Under the pieces are notes generated by a model. It did not search any database. It was not told the origin of the DNA and worked only from the letters and a program-made list of their open reading frames with translations. From Hormiphora californensis (lineage: Eukaryota > Animalia > Ctenophora), in the NCBI GenBank assembly GCA_020137815.1, contig CM035352.1:3720001-3784000 (forward strand): a stretch of 64,000 nt of DNA, in the 5' to 3' direction. Position 1 is the first letter of the stretch. Each line of letters opens with the position of its first letter. This document shows, one piece after another, positions 1 through 33,382 of the stretch. The translations under genes were made by a program, and so were the position numbers.

Positions 1-604
1 GAGGAGTAAGAGAACCGCAGGAGTCCTAGAGCTGGAGGACGACCGAATGGCCTCCTTTACCCCGATTTACTAAAAACTGATTTGATCATGATCTATAATC
101 CGTATATGAGTGCTATTGATACTTTTAATTTTAATTTACCATCTTTATATGCTGCGTTTTACTCGTCATCATATAATAAATACTAGTTATGTAAAATGGG
201 ACACTCAATTTTGGCAAAATGGGATACCCCATTTCCACTAAAAAAGGGTATCCCATTTCACCGAAAGATTTGCTCGCTGCATATTTTACATATGAAATGG
301 GATAGTGCGATATCTCAGTTTTGGAGCTATCTTTGAGCTATTGAAGGTCATCATATTTTCAATCAGTACGAATAACATAGACATGCACTCACGGATCAAC
401 ATTATTGCACTAAATAAAAACGCTGTAAGCTTTTTTTTCAAGGTATCCCATATCCCCTGTGGCTCCCCTACTAAATTGTGAACCACCACTACGAAGCCGG
501 CAACTAACTTTGCACCCATTGTTCTCCCAACCCAGGGACGATATCTGACAAATTACTTTACTTTATAAAAGCGCCAAATAAACGCCAGCCCTAAAACGGC
601 CACG

Positions 605-858
605 CTCTCTAATTCAGTACTCTCTATCTCCCCGCAAATCCGTGCTCCCTATAATATCCCCTATTCGCTCATACTCTCTCTCTCTCTAATTCAGTGCTCT
701 CTATCTCCCTGAAAATCCCTACTCCCTATTATAATATCTCCTATTCTCTCATACTCTCTCTCTAATTCAGTGCTCTCTATCTCCCTGAAAATCCCTGCTC
801 CCTATAATATCTCCTATTCTCTCACTCTCTCTCTAATTCAGTGCTCTCTATCTCCCTG
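605..858. repeat. ~75-bp tandem repeat, ~3.3 copies
   Basis: ctctctaattcagt(a/g)ctctctatctccc... recurs at about 605, 682, 757 and 828. Confidence 0.85.
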
Positions 859-934
859 CTTATCTCCTTCTTTAAACAGCTGATAATTCTACTTCCACGT
901 CTACAGATCAGTTCACATTGTATGCTTCTCTGTG

Positions 935-1773
935 TACTCCACATACCACTCAGGGAAACAGAGCAGCAGCCCTGGGCGATGTGTCCCTTTCTTTCCGCTC
1001 ACTACCTATCTCTCTCTGATTAGAGATACCATCGTGGCCTGGTATAGCACCAGCTCCCCAACCAGTGCATTGGGCCAAAGTAGCTAGGCAATAAAACCCG
1101 CCACCCCACCCCGCCGCCCCACCCCGCCCACCCTAATTGAGGAGGTTTCACAAATACAACTTCAGCGGACAAATCCTCTAGAGTTTAATATAGAACCAAT
1201 TAGACCATCAGTTCACATGTCAACTACTGGCAAATCAAATTATGAAATCCAGCAAGTACGTAAATGTCACGAGGATCACATTACCGCGGTGCAGTAGTAA
1301 CCCGGTAATAATCTTCAAGAAAATCATGAAAGAAACCAAAAATTTAAGACTGTAGAAAAACTAAGGAACACTAAAACTAAGAACATCAAAACTAAGAACT
1401 TTTTTGGCTATATTCTTAAAAATAACTCTAATATTAGAGGGATTCATAATGACCCAATGAGGAAGGAATGAGGAAGGAAGTGAAGATAGAAACCGGGTGC
1501 CCCCACCCCCCCTCATCACCCTCACGGGGGACCCCGGTCTAATACTCCTCACCACAAACCCACCGAGACGCCCCATGGCAACTCGCCCTCTCGGTGGTAC
1601 TCAAGTCCTTCACCCAAATGCGTGCAGCAATGTACTGCAAAAATCACCCACGTGCACTTCTAACCCCCCCAGCGGTGGCAAATCCCAAAACTGGGAAGCC
1701 TCTCATGGTCAACCTGAGAGCCTCTAAACAGGGCTCCAAACAGTACCAACCGCTCTAACCAACCAACCAACCA
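935..1773 (+). mobile_element. Probable SINE-like/non-autonomous retroelement related to the 8886-10488 element
   Basis: 935-1105 aligns by eye with 9045-9222 (cacataccactc...gggccaaagtag); the region ends in an (ACCA)n tail at 1757-1773; 5' boundary and TSD not found. Confidence 0.45.
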
Positions 1774-2390
1774 ATCTCTAAGAAACCTTCACACTTTAAC
1801 CCTCCTGATCTCTAAGAAACCTTCCCACTTTGACCCTCCTAATCTCTAAGAAATCTTCCCACTTTGACCCTCCTAATCTCTAAGAAACCTTCCCACTTTG
1901 ACCCTCCTAATCTCTAAGAAACCTTCCCACTTTGACCCTTCTAATCTCTAAGAAATCTTCCCACTTTGACCCTCCTAATCTCTAAGAAACATTCACACTT
2001 TAACCCTCCTGATCTCTAAGAAACCTTTCCACTTTGACCCTCCTAATCACTAAGAAACATTCACACTTTAACCCTCCTGATCTCTAAGAAACCTTCCCAC
2101 TTTGACCCTCCTAATCACTAAGAAACATTCACACTTTAACCCTCCTGATCTCTAAGAAACCTTTCCACTTTGACCCTCCTAATCACTAAGAAACCTTCCC
2201 ACTTTGACCCTCCTAATCTCTAAGAAACCTTCCCACTTTGACCCTCCTAATCTCTAAGAAACCTTCCCACTTTGACCCTCCTAATCTCTAAGAAACCTTC
2301 CCACTTTGACCTCCTAATCTCTAAGAAACCTTCCCACTTTGACCCTCCTAATCTCTAAGAAACCTTCCCATATTGACCCTCCTAATCTCT
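1774..2390. repeat. 34-bp minisatellite, ~18 copies
   Basis: Unit atctctaagaaaccttcccactttgaccctccta, period 34. Confidence 0.95.
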
Positions 2391-2491
2391 CAACCTTCTT
2401 ACTGAGTGGCTGTGAGAGCGATGACGATGTCATTCGCGTGCGACTTCGATAAAAAATTACGGCATGACTAGGGGGAAACAGTCGTGCCTGA

Positions 2492-2672
2492 CACGGTCGC
2501 TTGTAGTGGGAAAACGGTAATGGAAAACGGAGATACAGTAAGACGACGCGCAACCGTGGCCAATCAGGGCGCTAGTACGTGCTGAACAAATGCACTTTTT
2601 GCCGCACGTTATGCAACGTGCGCGTCTCATTACTGTATTTCCATTACGGTAATACGACTACAAGCAGCACTG
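2492..2672. mobile_element. MITE (~181 bp), CMC/Chapaev- or Harbinger-like, copy 1
   Basis: Imperfect TIRs cacggtcgcttgtagt / actacaagcagcactg; 3-bp TSD TGA; inverted near-identical copy at 3924-4106. Confidence 0.8.
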
Positions 2673-3005
2673 TGAATCTCATGTTCAGGCCATGCCATGG
2701 CGATTTACCACTGAGACCTGAGATTTGGTCGGTTTCTGGCGGACAGGAAGAGACGGATATTAAGATTGGGTTGGGACTGTCTGGCGGCGCGAGATCGAAC
2801 CCGTTTAAACTGTCAAGTCTCAATCATTGAGTTAATGAGTCTCAAAATCTGAGCGTGCGACAGTGCGCTAAGATCGGGTCGGCGCCGCCAGACAGGGCGG
2901 GGACAAATATAAATTGTCTAATTTACAAAAGGGACAATAAATAAAGTTAACATTAAAACATTTTCAATTTTCACAAACACATTTTTTCTGCTACCCTGCG
3001 TATCA

Positions 3006-3053
3006 TTGTTGAGTAAGGGGGAAGAGAGTCACACTCTTCCCCCTTACTCAACA
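3006..3053. repeat. Perfect 21-bp-arm hairpin (possible collapsed MITE)
   Basis: ttgttgagtaagggggaagag-agtcaca-ctcttcccccttactcaacaa. Confidence 0.85.
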
Positions 3054-3397
3054 AGCGTATCAGGGTCTTACTTTTAAATGTCACTATAATAGTGCAATTT
3101 CGTCACATCGGAAGTAAAAAACTTTCAGATGATAAAAGACAGCCAAACAATCTTTATTACTACCCAATTCTTTGCCCTATTTGATTTAAAAACTGCAGTC
3201 CGCCAGGATAGATTCCAAAAATCTCAAAGTGAGACATTACTATGTAAACTTAAACTATAAAAATGGTAACGAAAACAAATCCAATCCAAAACTTCACTCA
3301 AATAGAGCCAAAAACGGAGTCTTTCGGTAAATTCATACGCCTTCTTTATTCGCCAATACTCCAAAAACTTGCAACTAACCCTAACAAAACAGAAAGT

Positions 3398-3769
3398 TCA
3401 CCATTTTTTCTCCGGATTCTTCTTATACGACACATACTCTCCAAGTGTAAAGAATGACAACTCCGTCTCTGAAACAACTCCACTGTCCCCCAACGTGACA
3501 TCACTCTTCAATATCAGCTCTTCATCTCCATCAAAGTTAATCACAATATCATTAGCCTTGAAACTCCCCGCCTGGTGGGATATCTTGAGGGTGTCGTAAC
3601 CATGGCTACGGAATGGAGGAGGCAGTCCTTTCAAGGTTTTAACCTCCTCCAGAAGTCGGGCAATGAACTGGGCAGTGGTTGAGGTTGTGTCCACATCTCG
3701 AATCGGGAGGGTTTTGATGGAGCGGTACTCGAAATTCCGTATAAACCGAACCGTCACTATTATAGTCAT
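3398..3769 (-). CDS. C2orf76: UPF0538/C2orf76 (DUF2340) ubiquitin-like protein
   Basis: Intronless 123-aa ORF with VTVRFIRNFEYR, LPPPFRSHGYDTLKI and ETELSFF...YKKNPEKKW, typical of the family. Confidence 0.9.
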   Translation of the reverse strand: MTIIVTVRFIRNFEYRSIKTLPIRDVDTTSTTAQFIARLLEEVKTLKGLPPPFRSHGYDTLKISHQAGSFKANDIVINFDGDEELILKSDVTLGDSGVVSETELSFFTLGEYVSYKKNPEKKW

Positions 3770-3923
3770 GATTGCTATAATGGGGGAATTGAAAGGGTGT
3801 TAGTGAGGGGGTAACATGTAGTTGTTCAACAACTTTATTGATCGGGGGATTGTAGATCAACAAAGGGAGGGGGAGGGGTTGGTAATGATAGGGACTAAGG
3901 GGCGGGTTGGTATGGGACTGTAA

Positions 3924-4106
3924 CAGTGCTGCTTGTAGTCGTATTACCGTAATAGAAATACAGTAATGAGACATGCACGTTGCATAACACGCGGCAAAAA
4001 GTGCATGTGTGTTCAGCACGTACTAGCGCCCTGATTGGCCACGGTTGCGCGTCGTCTTACTGTATCTCAGTTTTCCATTACCGTTTTCCCACTACAAGCG
4101 ACCGTG
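3924..4106. mobile_element. MITE copy 2 (inverted relative to 2492-2672)
   Basis: Reverse complement of copy 1; own 3-bp TSD TAA (3921-3923 / 4107-4109). Confidence 0.8.
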
Positions 4107-4608
4107 TAAGGAAGGGTCAGATAGGGGACTGGGTTGATATGGGGGTTGGTTGGGGTCGGGTTGATATGGGGCTGTAAGGGGAGGGTCAGGTAGGGGACTG
4201 GGTTGATATGGGGAACACAGTAAAACACGGTGAGTTTTGAAACAAGAAAAACCTCTTTGGGAAGTACATGGTGTGGAGCGGGGGGAGAGGATTGAGATTT
4301 ACAGGATTTGTAATTTATTGCGGCTCTCTCTCTCACCCAGTAGAAATCAACACTACTACAACGTAAAACATTTCACATTTCCATGGACCCCACAAAGTTT
4401 ATCTGCAATGACTTTTCATCATCAAATGTATAGCATCATCATTATATCTGCTCACAAAACAGACAAAGAAACCAAGAATTGCACATCCCGCAACATATTC
4501 CCAAAGGTGTAGTTCAAGGGGCCATTACAGGGGGTAGAGACCGCCCAAAAAGTGGCACACACCCCCTGTTTTTGGGTAAAAAGTGATGAAAACTCAAAAG
4601 AAGGTGAT

Positions 4609-20957
<16,349 letters not shown>

Positions 20958-21467
20958 GCTATACAGATATGAGGATCAGTGAGTTAGGGGGATACGGTAT
21001 AGAAAGTACTGTGTTTGGGGTTAGAAGTCCATACTACTACATACAGAGAGAGAGAGAGATACGGTGTAAGGCATTGTTTTGGGTGGCATGGGGTTATAAA
21101 CAATCATAATTTAGAATTATCTCTGAAATTAAAATGTGATGTTTCGTCACCGTGGTATTGCGTCACTTTTCCATAACTAAGCAAACTGCAGAATATACCG
21201 AATAAATTTGAGATGAGGGCGGACTTCTTTTTCTTGTTCAGCTGTAGAAGACAGGAAGTGTATACATTGGGACAGACATACCAATGTATTACAATGCAAT
21301 GTTAATACATGATATTGTATAACGCCAGGGTCATGAATTGTACTAGGTGGTGTCGCGTGCAATCCATGAAGACAGCCTCTGATTTTCAATGCAAGGGAAC
21401 CCGCGCGCGTTCCATAACCGCGCTATTTATCACTGTGACTGAGCATTGTCCCACAAACATCCCTCCT

Positions 21468-26807
<5,340 letters not shown>

Positions 26808-27091
26808 GATACTGCTAGGTGGGCAATACATTGTTTAGAGCAAAGGGAATCTGGTGATATAACTGTAAACAATGAACGAGAAATTTAGTCAAATATAATA
26901 GCGGTACTGAACACATAAATATTCAAGAGCGTACTGTATAATTTCATGGTCATGGTCATCACTTTTTTGTCTCTTTTCCTCTCCCTTTTCATCTCTCATT
27001 CTCTCTCTCTCTCTCTTCCTCTATTTGTCTGTCTCTCTTCCTCACACCAACTTCCTGATTTCTCCAGAACTGTATAATTCTACCGACAACT

Positions 27092-29641
27092 TCAACTGGT
27101 CGTTATCTCTGTAATCTTGGGTGGTGTTATCTTCACCGATCCCTGGTTATGTTCCACTGGATCAGGAAACAACCCTCCCAGCCCCTCCCCAATAACATGG
27201 TTCATGATCTCCAGAGAGTATACCACCAGCCGGGTCGTCTCAGCGGAAAGCGATTCCGTGACAAGTAACTCCTCCGCCCATAACTTGATATCCATCAATT
27301 GCGGGTAAATCTCTGCGGTCATGACAGTTGCAGGTGATATTTGAGCCACTATACTCGCTGTGAACAGGATACACTGTTTCACGTACTCGTCCAGCACATA
27401 GATATCAGTGAAGACACGGCAGAACTCTAACAGTGTCTTACTCATGGTAGGGGCAGCAGGAGAGTTACCCGCACAGTGCATAACCATACCAAGGGTGTAG
27501 ATCAGTCGTCCTAGAAGCAAGGTATCTTCCTCTGTCAAGTTTAGAGTTCTCATCTCCTTATCATACTGGTTCATGAGGGCATAAAAGAAGTTCCCGCACA
27601 CCGAGTTGAATTTGTTTTCCGTGCCCATGACCACCTTGGTGGCGCTGTTGAACCGCCGAGTTTTCTTCTTCAGTCTCTCCATAACCTCAACCTCCCACGG
27701 TTTCATTTTGACTTCTCCCCTGTCCATTAGATCCTCAGCAGGAAGTTCTAACTTGCTCAACTCCTTGGCACTCTCAACTATAACATCCAGTATATCCAGC
27801 CGGTGGGCTACAGTGTAGTTATCCTCGTAGAATTGATAACAGAGGTAATCAGCAACTGTCCGAGGTGCAACCACGGCACATTTTGTTAGGATTCTCTTGC
27901 GGCATTCGTTGAAATCGACCATATAAAACTCACTCGTCATATGAAGGACGATCTGTGTTAACTCCAAAGAAACTTCATCTACATTGCCCTCCACAGATTG
28001 GTCCAATAAGGCTGGGATGGTCCGCAAAGTTATTTCAATTCGGTCAAAATCCCGCTCCTGCTCACGAGTCTCTGTGAGAATCTCTACACATTCCTTTAGG
28101 TAAGCGGGTGGTTTAACCATGGCCAGATTCCTATCCTTTTTCCCGAACGGAATGAGCTCGGGCTCATCGTCACTGTCTAGCCCATTGTTAGTTGCTGCAT
28201 CTGCCGCCGCCGTCTCTAGTGCTAGGTCAGGTTCGGTGATTATTGGTTCAGGAGCCGCCGCCATCTCGTCCACCTCCGTAAACCCTTCCAGAAGTGACTT
28301 GAGACGGAGGGTATCCGTTGTGTCTTCGTACTCGAACTTTAGCTCGGTTCCAACCTCGAGAAACTGGGTCAGGATTTCCGCAACAACCATCCCTGCCCTT
28401 CTCACATCCGTGTGATTAGAATCTAAATGAACAGGCATTCCCGCCGTTAGGAGAGATATAAGCCGATCCCGGATTGCCATTCGTTCATCTTGTTTCATGT
28501 AGTAGAAGATTATGATTATCGTCTCGGTTATGGCGAAGTGGTGATCATAAGGTTGGAGCTCAACCGAACTCTTGTTACCCCACACCGTCAGTAGCTCGAA
28601 CAATGTCCGTGTAAGTAAGTACCGTCGTTCTTCCCTCACTGTCAGGGGATAGAACAGCAAGAATTTGGGTCTCCGCTCCTTGAAGTACTTGATAAATATT
28701 AGCTTGTGGTAGAGGAGAGTACACAACTTTCCAATGAGGACGATCTTTGACCCGAACACAATGTCAAAGTATTGTTTTAGCTCGGGGAAGGGAATGTAGT
28801 TACATGTTAGAAAGGGTAGGACCAGTGCCTCAAGGTGCTGGGATGATACAAAAGTGAGGGCTTCGCTAATCTGACTTCCATTCGCATGACCCCTACCAAC
28901 AAACTCCAACACCGACTGACACACCAAATCCCTATTTCCTAGCACAGCCAGTTTTCCCAACAACTTCCCAACAAAGTCGTACTTTACAGTGTTCTGATGC
29001 TGCAGCCTCTCCAGTGCCCCCATGACATTCTGAACCAGGGTCACGGTGTAGGCCTGTTTTTCAAAGATATGATCGGTGTAGAGGAGATTCATTTTATTAT
29101 CAATACATTCTGGGACATTGCAAAGATAGGATGCTAGGGATTCTGCTTGGACACCGGACCGAGCTAGAGATTTCTCCACCACCAATTGCTGGATACGGCC
29201 AACACTGACAAACTGTTTCAGAACATCGTAGCAGGCCTGTAGTATTTTCAAATGTTTCGACTGTTTCAGACATGTGAGAATGGTGAGAAAACAGTCCATA
29301 ACCGGCCCATAAATAAAATTGGAGTAATAGAGCCGCTTTTTATCATCCTCACTCAACTTAGCAAGCCATTTTAGGGAGAAAGTTTTCAGGAGGTAGTTTA
29401 GGTAACAACAGAATTTTCCTATGAACGCCGATTGTTCCTTGGCGGGAAAATTAAACGTGACTTCTTGCCGAGTTCCAGTGATTTGACTGATAGTTAGCTT
29501 TTCAGAGTCTGTGAGATTCGAGGCACTGGTAGATGTCACGAAGAATAAGTTTTGTCCATCTTCAAGGCACTGAATAACCTCCTTGATCCCTTCACAAAGG
29601 CCAAGTTTTAACTCCAACTCACTCCACCCACTACAAACCAT
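27092..29641 (-). CDS. TELO2: Telomere length regulation protein TEL2 (TTT complex), intronless
   Basis: 849-aa ORF; LDSDDE CK2 motif, VRRAGMVVAE, PPAYLKEC, RLDILDVI, KTRRF, NKF, LLGRLIYTLG. Confidence 0.93.
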   Translation of the reverse strand: MVCSGWSELELKLGLCEGIKEVIQCLEDGQNLFFVTSTSASNLTDSEKLTISQITGTRQEVTFNFPAKEQSAFIGKFCCYLNYLLKTFSLKWLAKLSEDDKKRLYYSNFIYGPVMDCFLTILTCLKQSKHLKILQACYDVLKQFVSVGRIQQLVVEKSLARSGVQAESLASYLCNVPECIDNKMNLLYTDHIFEKQAYTVTLVQNVMGALERLQHQNTVKYDFVGKLLGKLAVLGNRDLVCQSVLEFVGRGHANGSQISEALTFVSSQHLEALVLPFLTCNYIPFPELKQYFDIVFGSKIVLIGKLCTLLYHKLIFIKYFKERRPKFLLFYPLTVREERRYLLTRTLFELLTVWGNKSSVELQPYDHHFAITETIIIIFYYMKQDERMAIRDRLISLLTAGMPVHLDSNHTDVRRAGMVVAEILTQFLEVGTELKFEYEDTTDTLRLKSLLEGFTEVDEMAAAPEPIITEPDLALETAAADAATNNGLDSDDEPELIPFGKKDRNLAMVKPPAYLKECVEILTETREQERDFDRIEITLRTIPALLDQSVEGNVDEVSLELTQIVLHMTSEFYMVDFNECRKRILTKCAVVAPRTVADYLCYQFYEDNYTVAHRLDILDVIVESAKELSKLELPAEDLMDRGEVKMKPWEVEVMERLKKKTRRFNSATKVVMGTENKFNSVCGNFFYALMNQYDKEMRTLNLTEEDTLLLGRLIYTLGMVMHCAGNSPAAPTMSKTLLEFCRVFTDIYVLDEYVKQCILFTASIVAQISPATVMTAEIYPQLMDIKLWAEELLVTESLSAETTRLVVYSLEIMNHVIGEGLGGLFPDPVEHNQGSVKITPPKITEITTS

Positions 29642-30628
29642 GAGTCTGATGGAAATAACAGTTGGTTAAATTATTTGTCATTTAATGTTGAGGGAGAGGT
29701 TTGGTTAAAATTCGAATTCCGAGATACAAATTTAGGCCAGCGTTAAAATCTGGGTGTTTTGGGAGTGCTGAAAAACGGTTTTTTAGGGTTAGGACTAAAG
29801 TAGGGTTAGGGTTTGGGTTGGGGTTAGGCCTTGACATTCCCTACCATATAAACTTTGAATCAGCCAAAACGGTTGAGTGGTTTGGCGGTTAGAGCCATTT
29901 TAGTGAATCAACTTTTTTGGCAGCACGCACCTGAAAACAGGCCTCCAAACACCCAGATCGTAACGGCGCCCACAAATTTAGTGAAACTTCTCCAATGAAA
30001 TTACGCAGGGGCTATTCTAATCTGGAAGCTAAGGCTGTTGTTTTTTACCGACTTTCTCGTACTCACACCTGTCAGAAACAGCGATTTCAATTGGCAAACG
30101 TTGCTGGCCCCCGATAGGTTCGCGGGATAAGGCAGCGCTTTTCAACGATTTCAATCGAAGGTTGAGAAAAAAAAATCGACTGACAGAAAATCTGAAATGC
30201 CGTTGGCATACGTTGCAGGCCCCTTATAATGCGCGCATGAGGGGGCTGCAGCGCATTCCAAGAAATGCCGTGGCCGGACTTTTGAAAAAAGTTCATATCA
30301 GCAGTTTGACCTTCGCGCGCCGCGCTTGAGGCTTTTGCAGCGCAATATTATTGGAACCGCGGGCGACGTCCACAAGAGATTAGAAAAACCAATTTTCGCG
30401 ATAAGTAAAACTAAATAAGCTTAATAACAATAAACCCAGATTCTAAGACTAATTCGGGTACTTCAATAATAATCATCACACAACATTGGGCGCTTAATTT
30501 GCTTACCGGTTCAAACAGAAGGTGTAAGTAAATAAACTTAAAGATTAAACTTAAAGGACACACATTTAACATCCAGATTCAGCACACTAGTAAAGCTCTC
30601 ACAAATGGATAGTTCAGTCTCACACAGT

Positions 30629-32943
30629 TCAGGGAGGGGGTTGTCGGTTAAATTGGATGACTCCCAGACCGGCCCCCTTATTGAAATGCTGCAAATACCG
30701 ACTCTTTTCGTACTCTGCCTCAAATCCTTCCACAACTTGACTGCTCTTCTTAACCCGGTCATCCGTAGCCTGGTACTGGTGCACATCTAATGAAAAGAGA
30801 GGGGTGTTATGTTGGTACTGGTGCACATCTAATGAAAAGAGATTAGTGTTAATTTTGTTAATGTTTTGTTAATTAACGAAGGACCCTTGGTGAAACATTA
30901 ACATGGCCACCCCCCACGGCCCACATCTAATGGAAAGAGAGGAGTATGATGCCTAGGAATCCAGCGACGTCACTTACTGTCAGAAAGTTGACATGACTCA
31001 GTTCTGAAGTTCCAGATGTGACGTATTTGGCGGATGAATGGCAAATCTCTCCCCTTGTCATGACAAGGAAATATGGATGTTCTACCTAAGTCGTTCAACT
31101 TACTTTCCGCAGTGACATCTTTAACGCCCATGAGTTTGAGGAATTTAGCTGTCTGCTCCCCGGATGCATCATCCTTCAGCGCACCCGCTCCCCAAACCGT
31201 GGCTTTAGGAGCCGCCGTCCCAGATCCTTCACCCTGGGAAAACGAGATTATAAATCAAACTGATTGAAAAAGTTTAAAAGTTAACAATCAGTCAAAATAA
31301 AACTAATCCAGAGTGTTGACAATAAAATATCTGCAGAGTCTTGCTACCTCTTTCTTCGGAGCCGATCCCCAAAGCAGCTTTCTCTTTTCTCGCTGTGCCG
31401 CCATTTGCTTGGCAATAGTGCTGTTACACGAACTAGGCAATGTACTATCCGTTTTCACGTCCTTCAGTGATTCTGGAGAACAGCAATTAGTAAAATAGAT
31501 ACCGCTAGTAACGATAATTGTACTCTCAAATCATGGCATTATATTCATAGCATTTCTCTCAATTCCATACCTGCGGTAGCTTGCCCCCACGCCTGGGCAT
31601 CTCCAAACTTCTTTCTCCGATATTCATCGTAATCATCCTTCCGTTGCTGTAGTTCCTCCTGTTGTCTCCTGTTGCTATGGTAACCACCCACCTCTACTGC
31701 TCCTCCCTCTACCTCCCCTGTCTGACCTGCTGGTGAGGGTGATATTGGATTGTGCTGACATGTGCGTGGGAGACATATCTTTCTTTCATTGATTGCAGAG
31801 TGCAGACACACAAATACTAAAAAGACAAAAGAAACAGTTGTTATTACCTGTGGTAGGAGCTACGACCTCTGCTGTGATGGCTATCTTTCCTTCTATCATC
31901 CCTTCTTCCTCTCTCTCGGCTCCTCCGTCTCTCTCTACTCCTATCACGACTACGATCCCTTTCACGGCTACGATCCCTGTTTCGACCTTTTTCACGACTT
32001 CGATCCCTACTTCGGCCTTTTTCACGGCTTCTGTTTCTTTCCCTGCCTCTCTCGCCACTCCTATCTCTATCTTTCTCTTCACTTTTGTCTCTGCTCCGGT
32101 CCAGACTCCTATCCCTCCCCAAACTATCCTTGCTTCTATCCCTCTCCCGACTTTTAGCAGGGCTCCTTTCCCGGCCCCTCTCTCGACTTCTACCCCTCTC
32201 TTTGTCTTTTTTCGATTCCCTGTTTATCTGGGTATCGTTTTGAACCTCTCTCACCGTCTTCCTGAAAAATTCGAGGTGTCAGAATTTTAGAGAAAGCAGA
32301 AGCAGAGATGCGCCGGCTGCAGCTGTATCATGCGCGCACCACAAATTACTTTTGTGTGGGTTGTTCGATAGATCCATGTCGCCGCGCCCTACGCAAAATC
32401 TTCCTGTGCGCTGTTTTTGTCCCACTCCCACTATCACAGAACTCGCAAACAATCCAAGCAATTCAAATCCAAAGGCAGTTCTAAACTGGATTACCTTGGC
32501 AGATGAAGAAGGCAACTTTTCCTTGCTCAGGGACATCAACTTTTCATTCAGCTCAGACGCTGCATCCTGAAGGGGAGGGTAGTTTAGGGGGAATGTGGGG
32601 GTAGTTCATACAATCACACACTCACAATGAGATACAGATATCGGAATTGTTGCTCTCTTACCTAGGGGGCTGTTTCAAACCATATTGCATCATCGTAGCG
32701 TGGTGGATTTTGGATAACACTTTAAAACAAAATGAGTGGCGTGAATTTAGGGGAATAAAATAGAAAGGGAGAGGGAGGGGGATAAAACTAAAACAGACAC
32801 ACAAAAATACCAAGTTTAGGGTGAAAAATGTGATGGTAATTTACCTTAGAAGTGTTTGGTTGTTCCCCCTTCTTTTCCTGCTGCTCATCTTCCGAGCTAC
32901 TACTACTGTCATTGTGCATGGGGTAGTCCGCAACGAGAGACAT
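30629..32943 (-). CDS. RSRC2: Arginine/serine-rich coiled-coil protein 2 (RS region plus SMAP domain), multi-exon
   Basis: RS dipeptide exon ~31848-32261; EKRKLLWG, KFLKLMGVK, EYEKSRYLQHFNKGAGLG; exon junctions partly uncertain. Confidence 0.8.
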
Positions 32944-33382
32944 GACACTAAATTGAGATACAGTAGGGTTGTTAGAAGTGTACAATGGGTTTCAAAAAGT
33001 GAGAACAATGGATGTACTGATGTTGGAATAAGAAAATACACAAAGATAATGGGATCTTGAGAACGATGTACCCTCTCCTGCAGCACACGCACGAGTTTGG
33101 AAGTGTGCTGGGGGATTAGGAGAGAGAGAGAGGGGACACCATGTCCAAATATGGGACCGTGCCCTAATATGGGAATATACGGGACGGTATCTCACCATAT
33201 AGATATCACTTTCACACAGTAGCACAGGGTAAATATATAGAACATATAACATGAAATGAAAAAAATTAAAACTCGGATTTAGCAATTTGTCCTTTGTACA
33301 TTATAGACGAGCCACAAGGAACACATGTGTAAAAACTACAGGGTCATCTTTTTTAGGAGACACCCTGTATAATATGATCAGT

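Noticed and set aside
1774-2390. 34-bp repeat as a CRISPR array
   Set aside because: Units are contiguous with no spacers; it is a minisatellite.
29780-29830. ggttagggtt-like motifs as interstitial telomere
   Set aside because: Only a few degenerate units within a probable dispersed repeat; too short to support.
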